Assembly: GCA_016936615.1 (NCBI GenBank)
Contig: JAFGXN010000141.1
Span: 6,053 to 70,052, forward strand
Source of the DNA: Spirochaetales bacterium
Lineage (GTDB): Bacteria > Spirochaetota > Spirochaetia > JAFGXN01
Direction: 5' to 3'
Length of the DNA stretch: 64,000 nucleotides
Positions 22,249 to 30,857 of this stretch are shown here, in pieces. Position numbers and translations under genes: made by a program. Below the pieces are notes generated by a model. That model was not told the origin of the DNA and did no database searches. It saw only the letters and a program-made list of their open reading frames with translations. Positions within the stretch are counted from its first letter, which is position 1. Each line of letters starts with the position of its first letter.

Positions 22249-23493
22249 TTACTCATCTTCATCAGATTCATGAATTGTGACAAAGATCAACTTAATCCTG
22301 TTCTTCTCAACAGTTTTTACCTTAAATACAAAATTCTTATATATCAAGACAGCCCCAGCGACTGGAATCTCAGCTAACTTCTCAATCATAAATCCTGCCA
22401 AGGTCTGCATGTAAGAATCCTCAGCCAGATCAATATTCAAAAGAGCCTCGACCTCGTGAATAGGAGTCTCGCCCCGAATCTCATACTGATTTTCGCCAAT
22501 CAGCTTTATCGCTTGATCCTTCTCTTGCTCCTGTTCATCATACAACTCACCAAAGATCTCTTCTACAACATCCTCTTGAGTGACAATACCAGAAAGGCCA
22601 CCATACTCGTCGAGGACAACAACCATCTTCATATGATTCTTTTTGAAAAGAGAAAAAAGATGCTTAATCTTCTTAACCTCTTGAATAAATACAGGCTCCA
22701 TCATGAAAGATTCAATAGTCAAATCAAGCTGTCCCTCTGCATATTTCTCCAACAAACATTTTCGCATCAAGACTCCAGTAACATTCTCCTTATCCCCCTG
22801 ATATACAGGAAACCTTGAAAATGTAGAATCCTTCACAAACTCATATGCTTGCGCAACAGTCATAGCCCCATCAATGCTAAAGACATACTTTCTGTGTGTC
22901 ATAATCGCATGCACCGGCACATCATTTAGCTTAAAGACCTTCTTGACCATGTAATTTTCCTGATTATCAACAAGACCCTCATCCTCGGCAATATTCACAA
23001 TATGAAGAATACCCTCAAGAGAGATCGACTTACCCTTAGATTTCGAAAAAATCCTAGATATTAGAGAGCCAAAGACATTGATAAAGATGACAAAAGGTCT
23101 AAGAATAACTGATAATAGATAGATTGCGACTACAGTATGAGCAGCAATAAACTCATTGTGAATCAGCGCAATCTGCTTAGGCGCAACCTCTGCGAAGATA
23201 AGAATAACAAAAGTTAAAATCCCCACCGCAATTCCCGCCCCAGTACTTCCAAAAAGCTCTGTAGCCAAGGTAGTTGTAACAGCAGAAGCCGCAATATTTA
23301 CAAGATTATTGCCAAGAAGGATAGTTGTAAGCAACAAATCAGGCCTTGAAGTCATCTTCATAACCAATTTCTTCCGACGAGACTTCATACTTTTTAGCTG
23401 AATCGCAGACAAAGATGTAAAAGCTGTCTCGGAAGAAGAGAAAAATGCTGAGAAGACTAATAGCACAAAGAGAAAAGAGATTTTAAAAACCAT
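22249..23493 (-). CDS. CNNM/CorC-family membrane protein (DUF21-CBS-CorC_HlyC), often annotated hemolysin TlyC
   Basis: N-terminal four-TM DUF21, tandem CBS domains and a C-terminal CorC/HlyC transporter-associated domain. Confidence 0.8.
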   Translation of the reverse strand: MVFKISFLFVLLVFSAFFSSSETAFTSLSAIQLKSMKSRRKKLVMKMTSRPDLLLTTILLGNNLVNIAASAVTTTLATELFGSTGAGIAVGILTFVILIFAEVAPKQIALIHNEFIAAHTVVAIYLLSVILRPFVIFINVFGSLISRIFSKSKGKSISLEGILHIVNIAEDEGLVDNQENYMVKKVFKLNDVPVHAIMTHRKYVFSIDGAMTVAQAYEFVKDSTFSRFPVYQGDKENVTGVLMRKCLLEKYAEGQLDLTIESFMMEPVFIQEVKKIKHLFSLFKKNHMKMVVVLDEYGGLSGIVTQEDVVEEIFGELYDEQEQEKDQAIKLIGENQYEIRGETPIHEVEALLNIDLAEDSYMQTLAGFMIEKLAEIPVAGAVLIYKNFVFKVKTVEKNRIKLIFVTIHESDEDE

Positions 23494-23514
23494 TAGAAAC
23501 CTTTAACATAACAT

Positions 23515-23841
23515 TCATGAATATACAGGCTTAATCTTGATTAACCAGACAGAATCATCACCAAATCCCATAAGCAAAGGATCATCGATAACACCAGTAT
23601 TCACATCTAAAACCTTTCCACAGACAGGGCTTTCTAGCTCCGTAACTGTCTCTAAGGCCTCGATAAAGAGAAGTCTCTGCCCTTTATCTATAACAGATCC
23701 CTTAATTGGGAGCTCTACTTGAGAAACGCCAGAAAGCAAATCCAACGTACTCTTCCTGATCCCATAAGAGATAACACCATCATCCTCAGTTGCAGACCAC
23801 AAACTGTTATTATAGACCTTATTTTGATGAATTCTAGCCAT
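23515..23841 (-). CDS. Glycine-cleavage H-protein-like protein lacking the lipoyl-lysine
   Basis: Aligns over its whole length with GcvH (W..DG..GI..LLG..LP..G...PVSG.....VN...W.IKIK), but the ESVKA lipoyl-lysine position reads EALET. Confidence 0.55.
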   Translation of the reverse strand: MARIHQNKVYNNSLWSATEDDGVISYGIRKSTLDLLSGVSQVELPIKGSVIDKGQRLLFIEALETVTELESPVCGKVLDVNTGVIDDPLLMGFGDDSVWLIKIKPVYS

Positions 23842-23916
23842 ATTTACCTCATCTTAAGTATATTGATAATATATCAAAAAGAAAAGAGCTAATTCAAAGA
23901 TTTTGTATATTAGTAT

Positions 23917-24918
23917 CTAAAAAGTAGTCTCAGTAACACAATAACCTAACAAAAGACCATCTCCATCATAGAGACCACACAAACCCTCCCAGTAATCTGG
24001 ACCAGTAACATTTCTATTGATAGTCTTCTTTGCCAAAGCACGAATATACAGAGTCTCGTAGCCAGGAATATACAACTCCCACTCTACTGGGAATTCCAAA
24101 TCCTTATCCACGATAGTATCAACAACCTTGAAATCATAAGACTCTACAGCAGAAGAACTCCCCTCTGCATCAATAATTGTTCCTTCCCGATAAAAAGTTG
24201 TAGGAAAATTAAAAAGCATAATCTCCCGACCATCAAAGAATCTCAACGAGAACCAATCCCATTTTGTCTCAGTAAACTGCCCCCACTGCCGATCAAACCA
24301 TGATTTACCAGTAACAGAAAGATCTACCCAGCTGCCTGTGGGATTTCTATAGGAGAGAGACCCAACACTTGAGATACTAGTCACCGAATAATAGAAGCTA
24401 GTCTCAGTTGGCTTATCCTCATGACCCATCACAATGATACCATTATTGCCATGCCAAACTGGCAACTTCTCAAAAACAAGCTTGAAATTCATCTTCAAGC
24501 TACGAGAATCTACAATAAGTTCCATCTCATTGTCATTAAGCAATCGGAGATAATTCCCACGGAAACGAACCTCTCTCTCCTTAGCAAAAATATTCCAAGA
24601 TCTGAAAGTAATCGTCTCCTCAAAGATATGCTGCCCGGTTGCAATATCTGTAAATCCTAAATGCACCGAGAACCCCTCAACATCGCCCATAAATCCATGA
24701 AAAATAGTAAATTGGTAGAAAAAAAGATTTCCACTCTCATCATTCAAATAACCAGTCAAATACCACCACTCAGTAACATCCCTATGAGGCGCAAACTCCT
24801 CGACAGCAGATTTATGACTAACCTCATCATAATCCCTCAACTCCTTGTTCAAAGAAGCACAACTAAAAAGAAAGAGAGCCAAGATCATCAACAAAAATAA
24901 ATTTAATTTTTTTCTCAT
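23917..24918 (-). CDS. Hypothetical lipoprotein (333 aa), Trp-rich beta-rich fold
   Basis: Lipobox LFSC. Possibly AttH/CrtC-like, but this is unverified. Confidence 0.45.
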   Translation of the reverse strand: MRKKLNLFLLMILALFLFSCASLNKELRDYDEVSHKSAVEEFAPHRDVTEWWYLTGYLNDESGNLFFYQFTIFHGFMGDVEGFSVHLGFTDIATGQHIFEETITFRSWNIFAKEREVRFRGNYLRLLNDNEMELIVDSRSLKMNFKLVFEKLPVWHGNNGIIVMGHEDKPTETSFYYSVTSISSVGSLSYRNPTGSWVDLSVTGKSWFDRQWGQFTETKWDWFSLRFFDGREIMLFNFPTTFYREGTIIDAEGSSSAVESYDFKVVDTIVDKDLEFPVEWELYIPGYETLYIRALAKKTINRNVTGPDYWEGLCGLYDGDGLLLGYCVTETTF

Positions 24919-25004
24919 AAAAACCTCTGAAAATCATTATACATAGATTTCCCTACTTTGCCACTTATTTTTGAAAAATAGAATTCTAAATATTTATTCA
25001 GTTC

Positions 25005-25033
25005 TTGCCCCTAGAAAAGTTTTACAGTATATT
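25005..25033 (+). promoter_or_regulatory. Candidate sigma70-type promoter of htpG
   Basis: TTGCCC-N17-TATATT lies about 35 nt upstream of the AGGAG SD of htpG. Confidence 0.35.
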
Positions 25034-25066
25034 ATAAAAAAATCAAACACAAAATAGGAGATATCT

Positions 25067-26920
25067 ATGTCGAATCATAAATTCAAGACTGAGGTTTCAC
25101 AATTACTAAATCTAATAATACACTCCCTGTACTCACACAAGGAGATATTTCTTCGAGAGCTGATTTCAAACTCTTCAGACGCACTCGACAAGCTAAAATT
25201 TTTGACATTAACCGATGATAATTTCAAAAGCTACAAATTCGATCCAAGAATCGATATCAAATTTTCTGAAGAGAATAAAACTTTAGAAATAATTGATACT
25301 GGAATCGGTATGGACGAGGAGGATTTGAACAAGAACCTCGGAACAATCGCAAACAGCGGAACTAAGAACTTTTTAAAAAACCTTGATGAGAACAATAAAA
25401 AAGACTCTAACCTTATCGGACAATTCGGTGTTGGCTTCTACTCATGCTTCATGGTTGCAGACAAGGTCGAAGTTATCTCACGAAAGGCTGGAACAGAACA
25501 AGCCTTCAAGTGGACAAGCGATGGCAAGGGTGAATATAAAATTGAAAATGCAGAAACAGAGAAAGATGGAACACGCATAATCCTGCATTTGAATGAAAAC
25601 GGTTCAGAATACACATCTAAATGGTCTATCGAAAGCCTAATCAAGAAATATTCAGACCATATCGCCTTCCCAATCTTCTTAGAGTTCGAAGATACAAAAT
25701 ACGATGATAAAGACGAAGACAAAGAACCTACAAAAGAGACAAAGATTGAGCAGGTCAACTCAGCAGCTGCACTTTGGAAGCGAGCAAAGACAGAGATTTC
25801 TGACGAAGAGTACAAAGAGTTCTACAAGACAATCTCTCATGATTTTGACGAACCACTACACTACATGCACACAAAGGCGGAAGGTTCTCTTGAGTACTCA
25901 ACACTTTTTTTTATACCAAAAAAAGCTCCATTTGATATGTACCAAGCAGACTACAAGCCTGGTGTTAAATTGTACGTAAAACGAGTCTTTATCACTGACG
26001 ACAACAAGGAGTTGTTGCCTCCGTACTTGAGATTTGTTCGAGGAATCATCGATTCAGAAGATCTACCACTTAACGTAAGCCGCGAAATTCTGCAGCAGAA
26101 CCGGGTAATGGCATCGATCAAGAATAAAGCAGTAAAGAAGATTCTTTCTGAGATCAAGGAACTTGCAGATAAAGATGCAGAAAAATTCAAGGAGTTTGTG
26201 GAAAACTACAACAGACCGATGAAAGAGGGTCTCTACTCAGATTACTCTAACAAAGATGCAATTCTTGAGATTGTTAGATTCAAATCAACAATGGTAGACG
26301 GATATACTAGCCTTGCTGAATACAAAGAAAGAATGCTAGAAGACCAGAAGAATATCTACTACATCACAGGAAGCGATGAGAATCTACTTCGCAAAAGCCC
26401 ACTTTTGAAAGCATACAAAGAAAAAGGCTATGAAGTACTAATCGCAGACGACGATATCGATGAAATAATCATCCCTTCAATCTTCAACTATAAAGAAATT
26501 CCATTGAAAGCAATCAATAAATCAGGCGCTGACGATGAATTGAAGAGCGATGACGATAAGAAAGCAGAGAAAGATGCAACTCCAGTAATCGACAAGATCA
26601 AAGAAGTTCTTGGAGACAAGGTAAAAGATGTAAAAGCAGACACAGGACTTGGAGACTCTCCATCAGCAGTAATAGCAGACGAGAACGACCCATCCGCACA
26701 GATGGCTCACATCCTCAAGGCAATGGGTCAATCAGGCCCCGAGGCAAAGCCAATCCTCAAAGTCAACATCAAACACCCACTCCTTGAGAAATACTCAACC
26801 GACTCTGAGAACTTCGAAGACCTTGCAAACATCTTGCTAGATCAGGCACTAATGCGAGAAGGCCTAGCACTCAAAGATCCAGCAAACTTCATCGACAGAA
26901 TCAACAAATTGATTGTGTAG
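25067..26920 (+). CDS. htpG: Molecular chaperone Hsp90
   Basis: GHKL ATPase N-domain (LISNSSDALDK, DTGIGM, GQFGVGFYS). The full 617 aa is HtpG-like. Confidence 0.95.
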   Translation: MSNHKFKTEVSQLLNLIIHSLYSHKEIFLRELISNSSDALDKLKFLTLTDDNFKSYKFDPRIDIKFSEENKTLEIIDTGIGMDEEDLNKNLGTIANSGTKNFLKNLDENNKKDSNLIGQFGVGFYSCFMVADKVEVISRKAGTEQAFKWTSDGKGEYKIENAETEKDGTRIILHLNENGSEYTSKWSIESLIKKYSDHIAFPIFLEFEDTKYDDKDEDKEPTKETKIEQVNSAAALWKRAKTEISDEEYKEFYKTISHDFDEPLHYMHTKAEGSLEYSTLFFIPKKAPFDMYQADYKPGVKLYVKRVFITDDNKELLPPYLRFVRGIIDSEDLPLNVSREILQQNRVMASIKNKAVKKILSEIKELADKDAEKFKEFVENYNRPMKEGLYSDYSNKDAILEIVRFKSTMVDGYTSLAEYKERMLEDQKNIYYITGSDENLLRKSPLLKAYKEKGYEVLIADDDIDEIIIPSIFNYKEIPLKAINKSGADDELKSDDDKKAEKDATPVIDKIKEVLGDKVKDVKADTGLGDSPSAVIADENDPSAQMAHILKAMGQSGPEAKPILKVNIKHPLLEKYSTDSENFEDLANILLDQALMREGLALKDPANFIDRINKLIV

Positions 26921-26945
26921 TTGCAAAAAATTCTAGAGAATGCAA

Positions 26946-26977
26946 AAAGGGCTATCCATTGGACAGCCCTTTTTTTA
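26946..26977 (+). terminator. Rho-independent terminator after htpG (usable from both strands)
   Basis: GGGCTATCC/GGACAGCCC stem followed by T7. The reverse strand also gives a hairpin plus TTTTTG. Confidence 0.6.
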
Positions 26978-27112
26978 TATATTGTATAAATTATTATTAT
27001 CAAGCTCACTCTTTGAGAATAGAGTATCTCCAGCCTTGAGATCTTTGAACGGATCTTCACATTCTGCTAATACAACCGCAAACACAATTGCAAAGTATTT
27101 TAATTTTTTAAT
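26975..27112 (-). CDS. Possible small secreted peptide or lipopeptide (about 45 aa) with a non-canonical start
   Basis: Perfect AAGGAG SD. The in-frame start candidates are ATT (5-nt spacer) or GTG overlapping the SD. The product (V)CIKKLKYFAIVFAVVLAECEDPFKDLKAGDTLFSKSELDNNNLYNI has a textbook signal peptide. It ends at the htpG bidirectional terminator. Confidence 0.2.
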   Translation of the reverse strand: MKKLKYFAIVFAVVLAECEDPFKDLKAGDTLFSKSELDNNNLYNI

Positions 27113-27346
27113 GCACACTCCTTAAAACCAATTTAAACAAGTATAAAATAACAAAAAAAAAATCAATAATAACTATAATGAAAAGTCATCTTGTTTTGCT
27201 AAAGAGTCTTTTCTAGATGATTTTTCCAAAAATATATAGATATGAAAAAACCTGGTTCGCAGGAGTTGTTTCATTTGCTCCACTTGTAGCCGTTTGCAAT
27301 CATGTCGTTATAGCCTTTGCCATCAGTAACGTTTGAATATACTAAA

Positions 27347-28219
27347 TTACTCCTGCGTAGCAAATCCCTTGTAATTCAAATCACCCTCAAGAAGAAAAAG
27401 GAAGTATTCATTATTAGTCGCAACATTTATATAATTTTTGAAGGAAAAATCAAACGAAAACAGAGAATGGCCCCAATCTGCCCCGTCAAAGCTCACCGCG
27501 ACGTGGAGACCGTTCTTGTAGACATAGAGATCGCTCAAAAATTCAATGCTAAAACCGTCCCGAAGATTCTCAAACTTCACCAGATTGCTCTTTAAGTTTA
27601 TCCCCGCGCGGAACCGCATCCCCTTGCGAATATAGATGATATTGTCGCGAAGATTCACACCCGAAGCAATATCCTCAGAAGAGAAGACAAGCTCGCCACC
27701 CAGTGTCGAAACAATATTCTTCTCAAATGATTTCTTACGCCTCTTCGCCTTTTCAGAGTGACAGAACCCCCAGTAAGTATCAATTTTCAGCCCTTCATCA
27801 CCAACACCCAATCGGAAAGCCCCGATCTGATGATAATTCTCCTCGCTATCAAAGGCAAACCAATCTAGATTGTTAAAGCTATAGAAAAAACGCGATTTCT
27901 TGTCAGCTGTGATATAGATGTCACGATATAATTGAACATACCCATCAGGCTCAGTCTTAACAATCAACTCTTCACAGTCGACAGGTTCAGCCCAAGCTAA
28001 CTGATTGTAGAAAATTTTATCCCCCTTGAGAAAATAAACATTCTTCTCTTCGCCAGGAAAAATATCTTCAGGTTTCAATCCTGGCTCAAAGATATATTCT
28101 CTATCAAGATTAGGCTGGATAAAATCCATAAAATAATCTTTTTTAGAATCCTTAGGTGGAGGGAAGCCACAACTTAAGACAAGACCAACAATAACCACAA
28201 ACAAACTAATCTTTTTCAT
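27347..28219 (-). CDS. Hypothetical lipoprotein (290 aa)
   Basis: Lipobox VLSC. It is the last gene of a three-gene minus-strand unit with the two EEP genes (18-nt gap). Confidence 0.5.
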   Translation of the reverse strand: MKKISLFVVIVGLVLSCGFPPPKDSKKDYFMDFIQPNLDREYIFEPGLKPEDIFPGEEKNVYFLKGDKIFYNQLAWAEPVDCEELIVKTEPDGYVQLYRDIYITADKKSRFFYSFNNLDWFAFDSEENYHQIGAFRLGVGDEGLKIDTYWGFCHSEKAKRRKKSFEKNIVSTLGGELVFSSEDIASGVNLRDNIIYIRKGMRFRAGINLKSNLVKFENLRDGFSIEFLSDLYVYKNGLHVAVSFDGADWGHSLFSFDFSFKNYINVATNNEYFLFLLEGDLNYKGFATQE

Positions 28220-28237
28220 AACCCCTCCACAATAGTC

Positions 28238-29212
28238 CTAATTCAAATCAAAGGTTGTGATAACAGCCCTATGGTCTGAACTAAACTTTTCAATATGAAT
28301 ATCACTTCCAGCATCCCCAACAGGCCCAATTATCTGAGAATCAGCAGGAGTAACACTACTTCCATTATAGTATATAAAATCAATTCTATCAAAAGGCTCT
28401 GGAATTGTCTCACCAGCAGCATTAGTATTTGTCTGATATTTCTCGAACGGAGACCAAGTAAAGCCAGGCACCGCAGCCGGATCAGGAAAAATCTCCCTAA
28501 AACTATCTTTAAAACCAAGCTCTGCCATCTTAACAGAGACAGGCCAAGGCATCACAGCAGGGAAATAACCCGCATCGACTGAGGCTTGAACCCAATCAAG
28601 GTGCGATGGCTCATTAAAATCCCCCGTAACAATAATCGTAAGATTATCAGCTGAAGCCTTCTCGATAGCCTTCAATAAATTGCGCCCAGTCGAACCCTCT
28701 AACCTCCGAGCCTTATTTCTAGCAATAATATCTGCCCTATCCTCAGCCGAACTAGGATCAAATGTCTGAGCCCCAAATATCCCAGTGATATTATTTATCT
28801 CATATGGACCATAAGGAATCGGAGTCAAATGAACATTAACAAACCACAACTGTTTTCCATTTGGAAGTTCAAGCTTCACACTCAACCCTAGATGCCCCAC
28901 CTCGACTATCTTATGCTTTGTAAAAATTTTGGAACTCCAATCTGACAAAGGACAAACCAAGTTATAGCCAGTCATTCTAGCCAATTTCCTAGCCTTCACA
29001 GAGTTTAACTCCTGAACACCAACAACATCACCCATCAGAATAAGTTCAGCCGCAGCCTCAAATGCATCATCCTCACAGATAGAGTTCTGAAACAGAAAGT
29101 TGTGCGTAACAACCTTAAACTCATCACTAGCAACTACACCGTCTATAGCAGGAAAACTGCAAGACACAACTAACCCAAGTAAAATTACACAAAGAATCCT
29201 CATATTTTTCAT
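28238..29212 (-). CDS. Endonuclease/exonuclease/phosphatase (EEP) family lipoprotein, paralog 1
   Basis: Lipobox VVSC. The EEP catalytic signatures GVQE, GDFNEPSH and SDHRAV are intact. Confidence 0.7.
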   Translation of the reverse strand: MKNMRILCVILLGLVVSCSFPAIDGVVASDEFKVVTHNFLFQNSICEDDAFEAAAELILMGDVVGVQELNSVKARKLARMTGYNLVCPLSDWSSKIFTKHKIVEVGHLGLSVKLELPNGKQLWFVNVHLTPIPYGPYEINNITGIFGAQTFDPSSAEDRADIIARNKARRLEGSTGRNLLKAIEKASADNLTIIVTGDFNEPSHLDWVQASVDAGYFPAVMPWPVSVKMAELGFKDSFREIFPDPAAVPGFTWSPFEKYQTNTNAAGETIPEPFDRIDFIYYNGSSVTPADSQIIGPVGDAGSDIHIEKFSSDHRAVITTFDLN

Positions 29213-29261
29213 AAAATCTCCCTAAAATGCTAGGTTTAAAGCACCTAGCAAGCTTTAATAT

Positions 29262-30215
29262 CTATTTAAGTAAAAATTTTGTAAGCACAGATCTGTGGTC
29301 TGAGCTGTAATCTGGAATATGAATATCACTTCCGCTATCACCCTCTGGTCCAAGAATCATTGTCTCAAGAGGTGTCACCTTATCACCCTTGTAATAGACA
29401 AAATCAATCCTGTCAAAAGGCTCTGGAATTGTCTCGCCCTTAACATTTACATTAGTCTGATATTTTTCAAAAGGAGACCATGTGAAACCAGGAACAGCAA
29501 CTGGATCTGGATTCAATACTCTGAAACTATCTTTGAACCCCAACTCAGCCATTCTAACAGAAGCTGGCCATTTAACAACAACAGGGAAATTACCCGCATC
29601 AACAGCAGCTTGAGTCCAATCTAGATGAGACGGCTCGTTAAAATCACCAGTAATAAACATAGGAATATTATCCTTTGAAGCAAGCTCTATAGCCTTTAAC
29701 AATCTTCGTCCTTCAAGACAATCAATCCTTTTTGCTCTATTTCTCTCTACAAGAGATTCCACATCATCCGGGGACGAAGAATCAAAGACCTTTCCACCAA
29801 AAATTCCAGAAATTTGATTTACCTCATATGGTCCATACGGTGCTGGAGGTAAATGGACATTAAAAATCCAAACCTGCTTACCGTTAGGAAGCTCAATCTT
29901 CGCACCTTGACGCATAAATCCAACAGCAACAACCTTATGCTTAGTCAAAATCTTAGGACTCCAGCCAAACTGTTTAACATAATTATAACCAGTCAACTTA
30001 GCCAATTTCCTAACCTTGCCCCAGCTCATCTCTTGACAACCAATAATATCAGTCTTCTTTACAATTTCAGAAATTGCAGAAAAAGCCTCATCATCTCCCT
30101 TTGAATTAACAAAAAGAAAATTATGAGTTCCAACTGTAAGCTCAATAGAATCCTCAGCAAATAGTGCTGGAAATGCCATTGTTAAAACGAGAATAAGCGT
30201 AATAATTTTTTTCAT
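29262..30215 (-). CDS. EEP-family secreted protein, paralog 2
   Basis: About 60% identical to the downstream paralog, with the same GCQE / GDFNEPSH / SDHRSV motifs. It has a signal peptidase I type signal (ALFA|ED), not a lipobox. Confidence 0.7.
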   Translation of the reverse strand: MKKIITLILVLTMAFPALFAEDSIELTVGTHNFLFVNSKGDDEAFSAISEIVKKTDIIGCQEMSWGKVRKLAKLTGYNYVKQFGWSPKILTKHKVVAVGFMRQGAKIELPNGKQVWIFNVHLPPAPYGPYEVNQISGIFGGKVFDSSSPDDVESLVERNRAKRIDCLEGRRLLKAIELASKDNIPMFITGDFNEPSHLDWTQAAVDAGNFPVVVKWPASVRMAELGFKDSFRVLNPDPVAVPGFTWSPFEKYQTNVNVKGETIPEPFDRIDFVYYKGDKVTPLETMILGPEGDSGSDIHIPDYSSDHRSVLTKFLLK

Positions 30216-30302
30216 AACCTCTCCTATAATTAAAATTTAATATTTGCATATTAAATTTCTTTTAAAATTTAGCTTTTCATAGTAATATCAGATTATAGTA
30301 AC

Positions 30303-30857
30303 ATGAAATTTTTAAAAACGATATTATTAATTATTTGTATTTTGCAATTTTCATGCAAAAAATCTCCATTATTACCAGAAAACCTTGATTTAGAGATCAA
30401 GAATATAACAAATCTATCTACATACCAGCACATTTATAGAGATATTATATATATTAGAGAGAGCAAGCATGTAATAGGTATCCCAATCTACGACAAATCA
30501 GTACTTTTCACAATCAATATCCACGTAATAGCAGGAATAGACTTTGAGAACCTCGAATACAAGATAAGCGAAGAGACCATCACCATAACACTACCTGAGA
30601 GCAAGATCTTCTCAATCGATGCTGATGAATCTTCTATTTTTCAATATTTTATAAAAGAAAAAAATTCAAAGATCGACATATTAACCATTTACAATGCAAT
30701 AAATGAGAAGAAACTTGAGATACACGAGGATGCAATCAGCCGAGGAATTTTGAAGAAAGCAGAAGATAACGCAAAGGTTCTGATAAGCGACTTTCTATTT
30801 TCTACTGGGTTTAAGGAGGTTTTCTTTGAAAAAAAAGATACTAAAGACTCTGAATAA
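30303..30857 (+). CDS. DUF4230-like lipoprotein
   Basis: Lipobox QFSC and the C-terminal motif AISRGILKKAEDNAKV shared with the next gene. Confidence 0.5.
   Translation: MKFLKTILLIICILQFSCKKSPLLPENLDLEIKNITNLSTYQHIYRDIIYIRESKHVIGIPIYDKSVLFTINIHVIAGIDFENLEYKISEETITITLPESKIFSIDADESSIFQYFIKEKNSKIDILTIYNAINEKKLEIHEDAISRGILKKAEDNAKVLISDFLFSTGFKEVFFEKKDTKDSE

Noticed and set aside
22249-23493. Hemolysin TlyC as a virulence toxin.
   Set aside because: The domain architecture (DUF21-CBS-CorC_HlyC) is that of CNNM/CorC divalent-cation transporters. The hemolysin label is historical.
28238-30215. Calling the EEP paralogs specifically sphingomyelinases.
   Set aside because: Only generic EEP catalytic motifs can be verified by eye. 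Sphingomyelinase-specific hydrophobic beta-hairpin and substrate loops cannot be assessed without alignment or structure, so the call is kept at family level.
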